Shown piece after piece: positions 45,089 through 58,101 of a stretch of 64,000 nt of DNA. The translations under genes and the position numbers were made by a program. Location: positions 6,191-70,190 of IMG/VR virus record IMGVR_UViG_2703718833_000007; one strand, 5' to 3'. Source of the DNA: a virus. Taxonomy: Duplodnaviria; Heunggongvirae; Uroviricota; Caudoviricetes. The number at the start of each line of letters is the position of its first letter. Within the stretch, counting starts at the first letter, position 1. The notes beneath the pieces are model-generated. The model worked only from the letters and a program-made list of their open reading frames with translations, was not told the origin of the DNA and did not search any database.

Positions 45089-47026
45089 ATGATTTACACA
45101 ACTGGAACAATTGCCATCAATGGCAACACCGTTACAGGTACGGGAACAGATTTTTCCGCGCCGCTTTCTCTCATCCGTGTAGGTTGCACGCTCATTGCCA
45201 TCGGCAATCCGGTGCAGATCTTTACCATTACGGAAATCAAAAACGGTACTGAACTGTCAGTTACGCCAGCGGCTAACCCTGCAATCCCTGCGGGAACAAA
45301 ATTTAGTATTCTGCTTTCTGATTCGATCTCAGTTGATGGGCTTGCCCAGGACGTAGCTGAAACGTTGCGCTACTATCAGAGTAAAGAAACAGAAGTAGCG
45401 GAAGCGCTTGAATGGAGTCAGAACCATATAGCAGACAAGATCGGGCTTGGTGCAGATCACCGCGACTGGCCTGATTGCAACGATCCTACTGGTTATATAG
45501 GTTTTTGCCGTGCTGTAGAAGCTGAATCACGTAACTTTCCGTCAATCGCATCTGGCGAAATTTACTTGGTTGGTTGGCTTGCGCGTGGTGACAATGCCGT
45601 TATTAACGGCTGTTTCGTTGGTACAATTAGCCTTTCACTGTACACATACAGATATAACCCAACAGATGGTACGAAAGTATGGACACGACACGCAAGAAAA
45701 GATGAGGTAAGCAGATTGGCCCAGGGTTCTGACGAATCAGCTTTATGGGCCGCAGGAGGGAAGCAAAAATTTGTTCTGTTGGATGGAGGTGATGGGAATA
45801 CTCTATCTTGGGGTGTTTGGGATGATGCTGTTAGTCAATGGAGTCCATTAGCAATAGCTCAGGGCGGTACTGGTGCGCTTGATGCTTTAACTGCTAGGAA
45901 CAATCTAGGGGTGGGTGTAGGTGACAGTCCTCAATTCAGGGATGTGAATCTATCACGCTCAACAGATGAATCATCTGGCTTGGTATCTGGTGGTATACAA
46001 AGTTCCATACTTCTGGGATCTGATGGTACTAAGCGTGCAGAAGGTTTATTTTATGTAGAACACCAACAAGATAAACCAACACAAGTAACGCTTTCTGTAA
46101 ATGGAGCTAACGAAGGTTATAAATATTTATGCTTTAATACAATGGGGCAGATTTTAGTAGATACAGCCATTTTCAGATCAAACGGCACTAATCCACTTAT
46201 TATTAAAAGCAACACACCAACAATCTTATTCGTTGAAGAGGATCGCCCAAACGGATCACCTTATTACAGCTTAAATTTTGATGATGGTAACTGGCGCATT
46301 CAGAAAAGTGGCAATGGGTATAATGGTGAATATGTAATAAACTACGACTATCAAAAAAATGAAATAGAGGTTCCAAAACTCAAAGCATCAAGAATGAGTA
46401 TTCTTGGGACAGGCAGTAGTTTAGAAATAAATAGCGCTGGAACAGCAGATGAAACGACGTCTATTCAATCATGGGGTAATAGATCTGATCGCTTGTCTGT
46501 TTTTGAGGTAAGTTTAGATACAGGCTATTTATTTTACGCGCAGAAAAATGCTGATAAAAGCATGGTTTTATCAGTCAACGGGAAGATAGAATGCGTGTCA
46601 TTATCCCAATCATCTGACAGGGATCTGAAGGATAACATCAAGATTATCAGTGACGCCACTGAAGCCATCCGTAAAATGAACGGGTACACCTACACGCTTA
46701 AAGAAAACGGCCTGCCTTACGCTGGCGTTATCGCTCAGGAGGTCATGGAGGCAATACCGGAAGCAATAGGGTCGTTCACAAAGTACGGTGAAGAACTGGC
46801 AGGCCCGACACAAAGCGGTCATGAACTGCGAGAAGAAACCCGTTTCCTTAGCGTTGACTACGCAGCAGTCACTGGTTTACTTGTCCAGGTGGCACGCGAA
46901 ACAGATAACCGCGTCACCGAACTTGAAGAGGAAAACGCCAGCCTGCGAGATAACATTGCCGCAATGGATGAGCGTATCGCAAAACTTGAAGCGCTTGTCA
47001 GCAAGTTGACTGGAAGCGAAAAATAA
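45089..47026 (+). CDS. Tail fibre/spike protein with C-terminal S74-type intramolecular chaperone domain
   Basis: Track ORF 645 aa; C-terminal SDRDLKDNI...NGYTYTLKENGLPYAGVIAQEV and terminal coiled coil. Confidence 0.75.
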   Translation: MIYTTGTIAINGNTVTGTGTDFSAPLSLIRVGCTLIAIGNPVQIFTITEIKNGTELSVTPAANPAIPAGTKFSILLSDSISVDGLAQDVAETLRYYQSKETEVAEALEWSQNHIADKIGLGADHRDWPDCNDPTGYIGFCRAVEAESRNFPSIASGEIYLVGWLARGDNAVINGCFVGTISLSLYTYRYNPTDGTKVWTRHARKDEVSRLAQGSDESALWAAGGKQKFVLLDGGDGNTLSWGVWDDAVSQWSPLAIAQGGTGALDALTARNNLGVGVGDSPQFRDVNLSRSTDESSGLVSGGIQSSILLGSDGTKRAEGLFYVEHQQDKPTQVTLSVNGANEGYKYLCFNTMGQILVDTAIFRSNGTNPLIIKSNTPTILFVEEDRPNGSPYYSLNFDDGNWRIQKSGNGYNGEYVINYDYQKNEIEVPKLKASRMSILGTGSSLEINSAGTADETTSIQSWGNRSDRLSVFEVSLDTGYLFYAQKNADKSMVLSVNGKIECVSLSQSSDRDLKDNIKIISDATEAIRKMNGYTYTLKENGLPYAGVIAQEVMEAIPEAIGSFTKYGEELAGPTQSGHELREETRFLSVDYAAVTGLLVQVARETDNRVTELEEENASLRDNIAAMDERIAKLEALVSKLTGSEK

Positions 47027-47056
47027 GAGGTGATGTGCGAAGAACATCGCCGCGCG

Positions 47057-47085
47057 AAACGAGGCTCACGCCTCGTTTCTTTTTG
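47057..47085 (+). terminator. Rho-independent terminator at right end of prophage 1
   Basis: acgaggc-tcac-gcctcgt hairpin followed by ttctttttg. Confidence 0.7.
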
Positions 47086-47459
47086 TGTACCAAATAGTGA
47101 CCAAATTTTAAAAAACAAAACTAAATCATACATAACACACTGTTTTTAAAGAGATAATATTTAACATTAACCATTCCAGACAGGACTGGTGAGTAAGTCC
47201 AGGGTATTGAAGTTGTGCGTAATCATTGAGATCCCGTTATTTTTATCAATTTTTGTTGCTATCCGATCGCAAAAAAGCCACGTCATATGATCAGATAATT
47301 CTGATAATGATAGACGCTATTTAACACTTCACACGGTTTGTATACGGATAAGCATTTTGCTTTTTGTATTCAATTTAGACAGAATTTTATTAATCATTTC
47401 AGGGTAATGGGGTGATGAGATGTTGCGTAACAGGGCCAGAAGGCTAGACTACAAAATAA

Positions 47460-48464
<1,005 letters not shown>

Positions 48465-48941
48465 CAAAAGCAATTTTTCCGGCTGTCTGTATACAAAAAC
48501 GCCGCAAAGTTTGAGCGAAGTCAATAAACTCTCTACCCATTCAGGGCAATATCTCTCTTGCAGGTGAATGCAACGTCAAGCGATGGGCGTTGCGCTCCAT
48601 ATTGTCTTACTTCCTTTTTTGAATTACTGCATAGCACAATTGATTCGTACGACGCCGACTTTGATGAGTCGGCTTTTTTTTGCCTGTTATTTATCAGCGT
48701 CTACCCTTTAAGAGTCCACCCAATGACCAGAGGGAAATATGACGACACTTATTTATTTGCAAATTCCTGTCCCTGAACCGATTCCTGGCGATCCTGTTCC
48801 AGTGCCCGATCCGATCCCTCGCCCGCAACCCATGCCTGACCCACCACCCGATGAAGAACCGATTAAATTGTCGCATCGTGAGCGTAGATCTGCGAGGATA
48901 CGCGCCTGCTAACTTTGCGTCGATGACCACGAGAATAGATT

Positions 48942-50315
48942 GTGACCGCTTTTTCTACCCTGAATGTTTTGCCTCCCGCCCAACTCACGAACCTTAATGA
49001 GTTGGGTTATTTAACCATGACGCCGGTGCAGGCCGCCGCGCTTCCGGCGATCCTTGCCGGAAAAGATGTTCGCGTGCAGGCGAAAACCGGCAGCGGCAAA
49101 ACGGCGGCTTTTGGCCTCGGCTTGTTACAGCAAATTGATGCGTCGCTATTTCAAACCCAGGCTTTAGTGCTGTGTCCTACGCGTGAACTGGCGGATCAGG
49201 TGGCAGGTGAATTGCGTCGGCTGGCGCGTTTTCTGCCAAATACCAAAATTTTGACGTTGTGCGGTGGTCAACCGTTCGGTATGCAGCGTGATTCGTTGCA
49301 ACATGCGCCGCATATTATCGTGGCAACGCCGGGGCGTTTGCTGGATCACCTGCAAAAAGGCACGGTATCACTGGATGCGTTGAATACGCTGGTGATGGAT
49401 GAGGCCGACCGCATGCTGGATATGGGATTTAGCGATGCCATTGATGATGTCATCCGTTTTGCGCCTGCATCTCGACAGACGCTTCTGTTTTCGGCAACCT
49501 GGCCGGAAGCCATCGCTGCAATCAGCGGACGAGTGCAACGCGATCCTTTGGCGATTGAAATTGACTCAACAGATGCTTTGCCACCCATTGAACAACAATT
49601 TTATGAGACATCCAGCAAAGGCAAAATTCCTCTGTTGCAACGGTTATTAAGCTTGCATCAGCCATCCTCTTGCGTGGTGTTTTGCAATACCAAAAAAGAT
49701 TGCCAGGCTGTCTGCGACGCGCTGAATGAAGTAGGGCAAAGTGCATTGTCATTACACGGCGATTTGGAGCAACGCGATCGCGATCAGACCCTGGTACGTT
49801 TTGCTAACGGTAGCGCCCGTGTACTGGTCGCGACTGATGTTGCTGCGCGTGGTCTGGATATTAAATCGCTTGAGCTGGTGGTGAACTTTGAGCTGGCGTG
49901 GGACCCTGAAGTTCATGTACATCGCATCGGTCGTACAGCTCGTGCAGGAAATAGCGGTCTGGCGATCAGTTTCTGTGCTCCGGAAGAAGCACAGCGGGCC
50001 AATATCATTTCTGACATGTTGCAGATAAAACTTAACTGGCAAACGCCGCCAGCTAATAGTTCCATTGCGACGCTGGAAGCAGAAATGGCAACGTTGTGTA
50101 TCGATGGCGGGAAAAAAGCCAAAATGCGCCCGGGTGATGTATTAGGTGCACTGACAGGAGATATCGGGCTTGATGGCGCAGATATTGGCAAAATCGCCGT
50201 GCATCCGGCGCATGTCTATGTCGCGGTCCGTCAGGCTGTTGCTCATAAAGCATGGAAACAGTTACAGGGCGGGAAGATTAAAGGAAAAACGTGCCGGGTG
50301 CGGTTATTAAAATAA
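48942..50315 (+). CDS. dbpA: ATP-dependent RNA helicase DbpA (DEAD-box), host gene
   Basis: Track ORF 457 aa; Walker A AKTGSGKT, DEAD box (VMDEAD), SAT, HRIGRTAR motifs. Confidence 0.95.
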   Translation: MTAFSTLNVLPPAQLTNLNELGYLTMTPVQAAALPAILAGKDVRVQAKTGSGKTAAFGLGLLQQIDASLFQTQALVLCPTRELADQVAGELRRLARFLPNTKILTLCGGQPFGMQRDSLQHAPHIIVATPGRLLDHLQKGTVSLDALNTLVMDEADRMLDMGFSDAIDDVIRFAPASRQTLLFSATWPEAIAAISGRVQRDPLAIEIDSTDALPPIEQQFYETSSKGKIPLLQRLLSLHQPSSCVVFCNTKKDCQAVCDALNEVGQSALSLHGDLEQRDRDQTLVRFANGSARVLVATDVAARGLDIKSLELVVNFELAWDPEVHVHRIGRTARAGNSGLAISFCAPEEAQRANIISDMLQIKLNWQTPPANSSIATLEAEMATLCIDGGKKAKMRPGDVLGALTGDIGLDGADIGKIAVHPAHVYVAVRQAVAHKAWKQLQGGKIKGKTCRVRLLK

Positions 50316-50335
50316 TGAAATGTTGAATTGCCGGG

Positions 50336-50432
50336 TGCAAGAGTAAACATCTTATTCGGGATTGCCGGATGCGACGCTGGCCGCGTCTTATCCGGCCTCC
50401 ATAAGAGTAGCCCGATACGCTTGCGCATCGGG
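50336..50432. repeat. REP/BIME-type repetitive extragenic palindromes between dbpA and ttcA
   Basis: tgccggatgcgacgctggccgcgtcttatccggcc and gcccgatacgcttgcgcatcgggc match the E. coli REP pattern. Confidence 0.7.
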
Positions 50433-50443
50433 CGCTATCCTGG

Positions 50444-51379
50444 TTATTTCACTTCAACCACATTCAGCCGTAACTCATCCAACTGATTTTCATCTTCTTC
50501 TGGCTGCCAGCACGCCGGTTGTAGTGGGATCTCTTCGCGATCAAACGCCAGATCACCCCCGTTAACCACTTCAGAACCGTGGGTGATGCCTTTGAAATCG
50601 AACAGGTTGGTATCGCACAGATGCGACGGCACCACATTCTGCATCGCGCTGAACATCGTCTCGATACGCCCTGGATAACGTTTATCCCAGTCACGCAACA
50701 TGTCAGCAATCACCTGACGTTGCAGGTTAGGCTGTGAACCGCACAGGTTGCACGGAATAATCGGGAACGCTTTTGCATCGGCAAATCGCTGAATATCTTT
50801 CTCGCGGCAGTAGGCCAGCGGACGAATAACGATATGTTTGCCATCATCGCTCATCAGTTTCGGAGGCATACCTTTCATCTTACCGCCGTAGAACATATTT
50901 AAGAACAACGTTTGCAGGATATCGTCACGATGGTGACCCAACGCGATCTTCGTCGCCCCCAGTTCCGTTGCGGTACGATAAAGGATACCGCGACGAAGGC
51001 GAGAACACAGTGAGCAAGTGGTTTTGCCCTCTGGAATCTTCTCTTTCACGATACCGTAAGTATTCTCTTCAACAATCTTGTACTCAACGCCCAGCTTTTC
51101 AAGATACTCGGGCAGAACGTGTTCCGGGAAGCCCGGTTGCTTTTGATCGAGGTTAACAGCCACCAGCGAAAAATTGATTGGCGCGCTTTGCTGCAAATTG
51201 CGCAGAATCTCCAGCATGGTATAGCTGTCTTTACCCCCGGAGAGGCAAACCATGATGCGATCGCCTTCTTCAATCATATTGAAGTCAGCAATGGCTTCGC
51301 CCACGTTACGACGCAGACGTTTTTGTAATTTGTTCAGATTGTATTGTTCTTTCTTTGTAATTTGTTGATTTTCTTGCAT
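50444..51379 (-). CDS. ttcA: tRNA 2-thiocytidine biosynthesis protein TtcA (5' end adjacent to Rac-type integrase)
   Basis: Track ORF 311 aa; PP-loop SGGKDS and Cys motifs. Confidence 0.9.
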
Positions 51380-51430
51380 TATTTCAGTTCTCTGGTACTA
51401 AATGGGGCAAATTGGGGGCAAACTTTGCAA

Positions 51431-52666
51431 CTACGATAACCGCGCATTCAACATGGCTATCTGTTCGTCGTTCATGTCATCAATCCACATACCGTAAATT
51501 TCATACACCATCTGCGCAGTTTCATGCCCCATTTGGCTGGCTATAAATGCCGGGTTCGCTCCTGCCGTCAACAGCCAGCAGGCAAAAGTATGCCGCGTAT
51601 GGTACGGATTACGGCGGCGAATACCAGCACGTTTTACTGCTGCATTCCACCTTGCCCCCAAACTGCTTACCGAGTAATAAGGTTTTTGTTTTCCGTTACA
51701 CACCCTGGGCATGAAAACAAAATGCAGTTTTTGCTTTTCGGTTCTGCCGTACTCCCGATGATAAAAGGTGATTTCGCTTTTGCGATGATGCCCGGTCAGT
51801 TTGTATTGCTCCTTCAGTGCTTCAAGAGCAGGCTGCAGTAGTGTTACTGTTCGGATCCCGGCATTTGTTTTTGGGGGACCGAACATATCAAGTATCGTCA
51901 GGTTTCTTCTGACATTCACTATTCCCTTTTCGAGATCCACATCCTCCCACGCCAGAGCTGCCAGTTCCCCGTGACGAAGTCCTGAGTAAACGGCAAATTT
52001 CCACAAGTTCTGGCTCTGTCCTTTTTCACTTTCCATTAATGCATTGAATTCTGTTTTAGATAACGGATCAGGCTTTATTCTGTTTCGCTGTAATTTTTTT
52101 ACTCCTTCAAATGGTTTGGTTGATATAAATCCCGACTGATACGCAAAACGCAACAGCGAACAGAGCAGGGCGATATAGTTATCAACTGTGCGCACGGTTC
52201 TTCCTTTTTTGTTGGATCTTGGATTATCCAGGTAAAGCGTTTCTCCATGCAGCAGTTCATTCCGGTAGTTTAAGATATCGCTATAACGAATATGTGATAT
52301 CGGGGTACTTTCACAAATTATTATTCTGAGTGTTTTTAATTGTGATTTTGTTTTCTTCATTGTGTATGTTGTTAACTCTGTCTCTTTAATTTTTGTCCAG
52401 ATATCACAAAGCTCTCCGAACGTTTTTATGACTCTCGTTGTCACCATTTTTGCCCCAGTGCTGGACTGGGGAAAACGTCTTAAATACTCAAATTCACCGG
52501 AGTTTATTTCATGAACTATCAGCGCTCTTAAATTTCCGGCCTTTTTAATATTACTGTTTGTAATCTCCCAGCCTTTTAATGTTTCCCGACATCGTTTTCC
52601 TCGAAACATGAACCAGATGCGAATGTATCTACCTCTAATCTCGACACCTGTTGGTAATTTAGACAT
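51431..52666 (-). CDS. intR: Rac prophage integrase (tyrosine recombinase)
   Basis: Track ORF 411 aa; C-terminal catalytic R...HxxR...Y region (NPYHTRHTFA). Confidence 0.9.
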   Translation of the reverse strand: MSKLPTGVEIRGRYIRIWFMFRGKRCRETLKGWEITNSNIKKAGNLRALIVHEINSGEFEYLRRFPQSSTGAKMVTTRVIKTFGELCDIWTKIKETELTTYTMKKTKSQLKTLRIIICESTPISHIRYSDILNYRNELLHGETLYLDNPRSNKKGRTVRTVDNYIALLCSLLRFAYQSGFISTKPFEGVKKLQRNRIKPDPLSKTEFNALMESEKGQSQNLWKFAVYSGLRHGELAALAWEDVDLEKGIVNVRRNLTILDMFGPPKTNAGIRTVTLLQPALEALKEQYKLTGHHRKSEITFYHREYGRTEKQKLHFVFMPRVCNGKQKPYYSVSSLGARWNAAVKRAGIRRRNPYHTRHTFACWLLTAGANPAFIASQMGHETAQMVYEIYGMWIDDMNDEQIAMLNARLS

Positions 52667-52667
52667 A

Positions 52668-52883
52668 TCATGAGTCTTTGATAAACTGATTTATCTTTGG
52701 ATAGTTGTACCAGATAATCCCTCGTTTGCTGTCTGGCTTACCTAAAGGAGATACTCGTTTGAAGTGGAAGCCCTCCACCCAACAGTTCTGGCGGTATGCT
52801 TCAATTTGTCTGGCCCCCAGACCAGTGCGAAGCATCAGGCCGTATTCAACCATCCACTCTTCATTAAAGATTACTTGTGCCAT
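52668..52883 (-). CDS. xisR: Rac prophage excisionase
   Basis: Track ORF 52668-52907 trimmed to [15 protein letters not shown]. Confidence 0.8.
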   Translation of the reverse strand: MAQVIFNEEWMVEYGLMLRTGLGARQIEAYRQNCWVEGFHFKRVSPLGKPDSKRGIIWYNYPKINQFIKDS

Positions 52884-52961
52884 CGCATCACCTCTGGCAG
52901 GCGCCAATGTTAGACTGAAATTGACGCCCGATGTTGATTATTAATAATAAGCTATGAAGTT

Positions 52962-53171
52962 TTAATTTGAATACAATGCAATTCTCGAGGACTGAAGTTT
53001 CTCGCAATTAAAATTTATCAGTTTTACTTTCTGCTCTCTGGAAACGCCTGCTTCTTTTTTACCTGAGAGCATTTTTTCGCATTCTGATTTCGTTAGTTTA
53101 GATTTTGAATATCTTGTCCAGTTAGTAGGAGTGCCACCTTCCTTTTCAATAGTGGCGGTAATTTTATACAT
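52962..53171 (-). CDS. rcbA: Rac prophage protein RcbA (YdaC)
   Basis: Track ORF 52962-53243 trimmed to MYKITATIEKEGG. Confidence 0.75.
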   Translation of the reverse strand: MYKITATIEKEGGTPTNWTRYSKSKLTKSECEKMLSGKKEAGVSREQKVKLINFNCEKLQSSRIALYSN

Positions 53172-53358
53172 GAACACCTCCATTATTATTTCCAGTGGTT
53201 CGTTTATTCCATCTTTCGAGTGCTTCTTTTTCACCTCCACCATAACCGGTTCGGGATTCGCATCCGTTACACTTCGCTCGGTAATATCCTGAAATGGCTT
53301 TCACCGTTACTGATGGACAACCACAAAATGGACATGGTTTAACATTGTCATATCTCAT
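53164..53358 (-). CDS. ralR: Restriction-alleviation protein / type I TA toxin RalR (Lar)
   Basis: Track ORF 53164-53397 trimmed to MRYDNVKPCPFCGC; matches remembered Lar. Confidence 0.8.
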   Translation of the reverse strand: MRYDNVKPCPFCGCPSVTVKAISGYYRAKCNGCESRTGYGGGEKEALERWNKRTTGNNNGGVHV

Positions 53359-53414
53359 AATTTTTCTCATAAAAAATATTTCAAGTTGGCGGTGCATTAC
53401 ACCGCCAGGCTGAA

Positions 53415-54224
53415 TTATTCCTCTGAATTATCGATTACACTGTATTCCCCGGTTAATACAGAGGAATCTGCAGGATCGATTGTCAGTGGTTCCTTTTCAT
53501 CCATTGATACTGCACGCTGGATCTCAATTGATACGGGCAGATATTTGAACAGGCGACGAATAGCCGTTTTCTTTGCCATTTCTTCCCAGTGAGTTACCCA
53601 CGGCCCGTTATTACCAGCTTTACTCAGGCTGCGCACCAGCTCAATCTGTTTGCGCGTCATAACTTCAAACTGAGTACCTCCGTCTTTCAGTCTTGCGACA
53701 GCATAGACGTGGGTAACCGGGGCATCTTCGTTTTCTCCCGGGCGGTGTATTAACTTTTCATCAAGGCCAAATTCGAAGCTAAACTCGTCACCTTCACGGA
53801 CAACACGGGCTGACAGGCTGGCGATTTGACCAGAACGGCGAGCCAGATCAATCATGCCGCGATAGCCAATGATTAGCTGAACGTTCTTTTTACCGCTCTT
53901 TTCGTTTTTATTACCAAAAGGCAGTAAATATGCATGACCGAGGGCGCTACCTGGCTCAAGTCCGAGCTGTGAACACTGTACGATCGCACTGACAAAACTC
54001 ATAGTGTCACAGTTTCCTAACGCCGGAACTTTACGAATTTCTGTGGTGGCGATACGGATCATACGTTCAGCCGTCATATGGCGTGGAAGAGCTGCTGCCA
54101 GTTGCTCTTTCATTGATGGCTGGTTAATAAAACTAATCACGTCGCTATTTTTAACTGCTGCTGGTGCACGGTTTCCCTGAGTTTTTTGCAGATCGGTTTT
54201 TGCGATTGGTGGTTGCTTAGTCAT
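53415..54224 (-). CDS. recT: RecT single-strand annealing protein
   Basis: Track ORF 53415-54281 trimmed to [14 protein letters not shown] (269 aa). Confidence 0.95.
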   Translation of the reverse strand: MTKQPPIAKTDLQKTQGNRAPAAVKNSDVISFINQPSMKEQLAAALPRHMTAERMIRIATTEIRKVPALGNCDTMSFVSAIVQCSQLGLEPGSALGHAYLLPFGNKNEKSGKKNVQLIIGYRGMIDLARRSGQIASLSARVVREGDEFSFEFGLDEKLIHRPGENEDAPVTHVYAVARLKDGGTQFEVMTRKQIELVRSLSKAGNNGPWVTHWEEMAKKTAIRRLFKYLPVSIEIQRAVSMDEKEPLTIDPADSSVLTGEYSVIDNSEE

Positions 54225-56817
54225 TTGCATATTCCTTAGCCCAGCGGGGCAGTGATAATGTCTTAATAGCTGGCCATTCATCGGTATTCAGGCAGTCAGA
54301 CAGGGTTCGCAGATTGCGGTGATATTCCTGTTGACCTGCCAGTTTTGCTTCTTCGCCCATCATGAAAATTTCAACCGGATAACGTCCGCATTCAATAGTT
54401 GTGCTGGCAACCAGAAAAACGAAAGTTGGCTGCACTCCAAACTGTGCTTCATAACCGTCACTGTAGAATGCATCCTGAACGTGATAGCGGTAGTCGTAAT
54501 AAGCGGTTTTGAATCGTTGAATATCCGCCGTAGTTTTCACGTCCATGATCCAGTGAAATTCAGGGATAATTTTGTCCGGACGGCACCGACACAAAATTCC
54601 TGTTTCAGGATCTTCCCAGTAAATTGATGATTCAGCGTGTCCGGCGCTTTCAACAAGCCATTGCCCCAGCGGCAAAGCCATAACGCTTTGATACATGAGT
54701 TCAATTTTCCGGCCTTCTTCCGCAGTGATAACCGTTTTTCCTGTGCTTGCGCATTCCATCAGAAACGCTTTCTCTTCTTCTTTTCCGGCGTTTGTACGGC
54801 GGTTAAATTCAGGTGCTACGATAAAGCGGTTACTGAATTCCTCCGGTTCAAGTACCCGGCAGTGGAAAGCGGTTCCTAAATCGAGCGTTTTTGTCTTTGT
54901 GGTGTCCACGGGGGCATTTTTACGCCACAAATATAGTGCCGGAGTATCAGCAATGTCATCGAGCTGAGACTTACTGACACCGGGACCCGCGTGGTAATTC
55001 TCATTCGAAATTCCGTAATAAATACCTGGCTCTATGTCTTCTACGATTACGGGATCTGCGACTTCGCCAGTTTCATCACTGCAATCGCGATGCGGATCGC
55101 TGCCAGCATTCTCATTGTGCGGATGTTCAGCGCCTTCCATTTCCTCCGGATCATTTTCCTTAGCTTCAACCTGACTCTCTTCATCGAATGTTTCCTGGTA
55201 TGTTGCGTCGCCCATCACCGCACCACAGTCAGGGCAGTTATCCCCGCCAGTCTGGCCGCAGGCATTGCAGGCTATTTCCGGTTCCTGTTGCACTACTGGC
55301 TCAGGTTGATTCATATCCGGGCTGGTTTTTTCCGTTTCTGGCTGGTTCTGGTACACACAATCGCGAGTCTGGATCCCCTTTACCCATTTCGGATCGTTCG
55401 GGTCGCTAATTCCGTCAACAAATTCACCACGTGATGCAGCAAGCAATTTATCGGCATCGACAGGATTTTTTGATGGAATGTTTTTCCGGGCTTCATGGAG
55501 TTCTGCCCGCAGTTCCTGATATTTCGCATCAACAGAATTTACCTGTGACTGAGCATCCAGCGGCTGCGTGTCCTGATGATGTTCAGTTGCGTCCGGTTCC
55601 ATTGTTTCAGCCTCTCCCTGTTCAACTGCCGTTGTTCCAGATGGTTGCGGTTTTTCTTCATCATCCTGTTTTCCTTCTTCTGTTACTCGCTGCGGCATCG
55701 GGGCAGAGGAGCGACCGCAGGCAATATCCACGATTTCCGGATCAGGGTTGGCATGATCGGTTTCAGTCAGTACTTTGTTCAGATATTCAGTGACGTGCGC
55801 GGGGATGACCTCGATCCCAATTGGTGCTTCTTTTACGGACGCAACCACGATGGCGCGGGAATAATCCAGCCCGCCAGGCATGGTGATGAATTTGTCGCGG
55901 AAAACAGAAAAGGGCGGTTTATTTTCAGCGATAATTTCCTCAATGCGTTTAGCGTGTGCCGGATGAAGGTTATAGATGTCCAGATCCATTGAACGGGCCA
56001 GTACGCCAGTGGCTACGTCGCGCGCCAGTGACGTCAGATCGTGTACGAAACCTTCGCCGCGATCGGTGAGGTTTCCGCCGCCAGCATTAGCACCGGAAGC
56101 CGTGCGAGTGATGTGTGAAACACGATTACCCTTCATCCACTCTTTTGTCAGCAGTCCTCGATCGGTGTAGTCAGCGTTCAGGTATGCTTCGAAAAAAGCA
56201 GTTATCAGTCCCAGGTTTGAATTACCAGGATTAGGGAAAACTTTGTCAGTGTCACGAACCAGTTTGTGGAGTTCGCGAATTTCCAGCGGGTCGAGCAGGC
56301 TGGTTTTGTGGGAAACAGCCAGGGCAGTAACAGCCGGTAGTTCTTCAGCCCGAGCAATGTGTAATGCCTGGAGTCCGTCGCGTGAAACGTGCGTTACCGG
56401 TTTTTCGCTGCCGTGTTGAGCAAGCCAACGAATGGGCAGTTCCTGGCCAGAAATTGGGAGTAGCATATTCTCCTCAATCTCAGTCATGTCTTCGCCGTTG
56501 ACGTTGGTATTGCCTTGATAGTGAGCGTTGTCTGGTGCTGCTCCCGGTTTTAGTTCCCATGTCATGGAGTCTTTGCTGAGTTGATAGCGTTCACTCCAGG
56601 TAAAATCGATCTCACCTTCAGCGGGCAGGTCATTAACGACAGGAAAATTCGTGGCAACAGCTTTAAAATAGCTGCTCAGTTTTTTACCTGACTTAACGAT
56701 CAGGTAGTCCAGAGTGGCACAGGTCGATTCAAAATCGTTGCTTGCCCACAGGACGACGTCAGGTTCACCGGATGATTTTTTCGCTTTCCGTAACAGGAAG
56801 AGTGGTTTTGTGCTCAT
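54217..56817 (-). CDS. recE: Exodeoxyribonuclease VIII (RecE), full length
   Basis: Track ORF 866 aa; overlaps recT start as in K-12. Confidence 0.95.
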   Translation of the reverse strand: MSTKPLFLLRKAKKSSGEPDVVLWASNDFESTCATLDYLIVKSGKKLSSYFKAVATNFPVVNDLPAEGEIDFTWSERYQLSKDSMTWELKPGAAPDNAHYQGNTNVNGEDMTEIEENMLLPISGQELPIRWLAQHGSEKPVTHVSRDGLQALHIARAEELPAVTALAVSHKTSLLDPLEIRELHKLVRDTDKVFPNPGNSNLGLITAFFEAYLNADYTDRGLLTKEWMKGNRVSHITRTASGANAGGGNLTDRGEGFVHDLTSLARDVATGVLARSMDLDIYNLHPAHAKRIEEIIAENKPPFSVFRDKFITMPGGLDYSRAIVVASVKEAPIGIEVIPAHVTEYLNKVLTETDHANPDPEIVDIACGRSSAPMPQRVTEEGKQDDEEKPQPSGTTAVEQGEAETMEPDATEHHQDTQPLDAQSQVNSVDAKYQELRAELHEARKNIPSKNPVDADKLLAASRGEFVDGISDPNDPKWVKGIQTRDCVYQNQPETEKTSPDMNQPEPVVQQEPEIACNACGQTGGDNCPDCGAVMGDATYQETFDEESQVEAKENDPEEMEGAEHPHNENAGSDPHRDCSDETGEVADPVIVEDIEPGIYYGISNENYHAGPGVSKSQLDDIADTPALYLWRKNAPVDTTKTKTLDLGTAFHCRVLEPEEFSNRFIVAPEFNRRTNAGKEEEKAFLMECASTGKTVITAEEGRKIELMYQSVMALPLGQWLVESAGHAESSIYWEDPETGILCRCRPDKIIPEFHWIMDVKTTADIQRFKTAYYDYRYHVQDAFYSDGYEAQFGVQPTFVFLVASTTIECGRYPVEIFMMGEEAKLAGQQEYHRNLRTLSDCLNTDEWPAIKTLSLPRWAKEYAND

Positions 56818-56918
56818 TGTTTTTTAACCTCAACTCAGATTAAAATTCGTTTTGTTCAGTGAATGATCTTGCCGGATACACACTGTTCATAGCCTGCGCC
56901 ATACGCAGGCTATTTCTT

Positions 56919-57194
56919 TCAGATTTCACCTTTTAATTTCATTGCAATTAGAGTTGCCAGAAATTCGGCTTTTTTTTCTGCGGGCAGATTCTTTCCGATA
57001 TGCACCAGGCACATTTTTTTGACACCTTCATCAAGTGTTTTTACGTTGCCTGATGGACCATCGATATCAACCACAGTGAATGGGGTTTCTTTATTTTCTG
57101 TTTTAATTACGTAGCCAATGCGCTTTCCTTCCAGATTCACCTCGTGAACAATGTCATCGGTAGTTACAACAGTGGCTTCATAATTGGTAATCAT
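56919..57194 (-). CDS. racC: Rac prophage protein RacC
   Basis: Track ORF 56919-57242 trimmed to MITNYEATVV. Confidence 0.8.
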   Translation of the reverse strand: MITNYEATVVTTDDIVHEVNLEGKRIGYVIKTENKETPFTVVDIDGPSGNVKTLDEGVKKMCLVHIGKNLPAEKKAEFLATLIAMKLKGEI

Positions 57195-57268
57195 GTTTTT
57201 CTCCTTAATTAAGGTTGAGCGAATACCTGCCATTTCTGGCATAAATTCAGTTTCGAATAGTCAATTAA

Positions 57269-57439
57269 TTAAAGTTCATGTGCCATCTGGTCTTTTTCGG
57301 CACAAGCTTCACTGCAATATTTTCTCGGTTCGTCTTTTGATAAAATCCCGTGCATGAAGTGAAGCATTCTTTCAATAGCTTTGCTTTCTTCAACGTCTTT
57401 TTTGCAAAGGTGGTAAGCACATTTTATTTTCTTAGTCAT
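57269..57439 (-). CDS. ydaE: Rac prophage small Cys-rich protein YdaE
   Basis: Own translation [56 protein letters not shown]. Confidence 0.6.
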   Translation of the reverse strand: MTKKIKCAYHLCKKDVEESKAIERMLHFMHGILSKDEPRKYCSEACAEKDQMAHEL

Positions 57440-57660
57440 CACCATGACTCCGCCTTTACAGGTAAACCATCACGACCGAGGAAGACTTTAATCATGCGGT
57501 CAGTAATGCATGTTTTTGTGGTCAGGTTACGAATATATAGTTTTCGCTTTTTAATATTGTTTGCCGAGGCAATATATGTCCGGCCTTCATGAAGAACATA
57601 ATCGCCAGGAGTCACACACTGACGTGGTATTTCATCAGTTCCGAAGTGATGTGCAATCAT
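57439..57660 (-). CDS. kilR: FtsZ inhibitor KilR
   Basis: Track ORF 57439-57672 trimmed to [14 protein letters not shown]. Confidence 0.8.
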   Translation of the reverse strand: MIAHHFGTDEIPRQCVTPGDYVLHEGRTYIASANNIKKRKLYIRNLTTKTCITDRMIKVFLGRDGLPVKAESW

Positions 57661-58101
57661 AATTATCTCCATTTTTACAAATGAACTTTGTTGATGCGGT
57701 GCCTGGTGCCTCCAGGTGACTGCAACCAGTTAACAATTACAGTCGGCTTTCCCACCCAAACCAATAAGGACTAACATGACTTTTAACTGTGCCACGTGCG
57801 CTTAGCCGCATTCACCGCATCACAAAATTCACTTTAAAAAGGGCGGACATCAGCCGAACTTCAAGAAAAAAACTGATGCCGCCAGGACTACACACAGCAA
57901 TGTCGTTATTTACAACCGGAGGCGCACTCCCACCATTTAAATTTAACAGACAAGACCGACTCTTTATGGATATCGGAAATGCGCCTTCGTGTTGTGCCCG
58001 GTTTTATTTCACCACCTCCGGGCTTCGGTGGTCTCGGCTATACCCCTACAGCGAGAGCTTGTGTTAACATTTCAATACCCTTACAGTTGAGAGTTATTGA
58101 T

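Larger units (their letters stand above)
1..47090 (+). mobile_element. Prophage 1, partial (lambdoid mosaic siphovirus; left end with presumed integrase outside window)
   Basis: Uninterrupted phage modules in canonical order ending in a terminator ~400 bp upstream of host zntB; late genes all on + strand. Confidence 0.85.

Noticed and set aside
49164-50253. Multiple 60-96-aa ORFs on both strands inside dbpA
   Set aside because: All overlap the full-length DbpA frame
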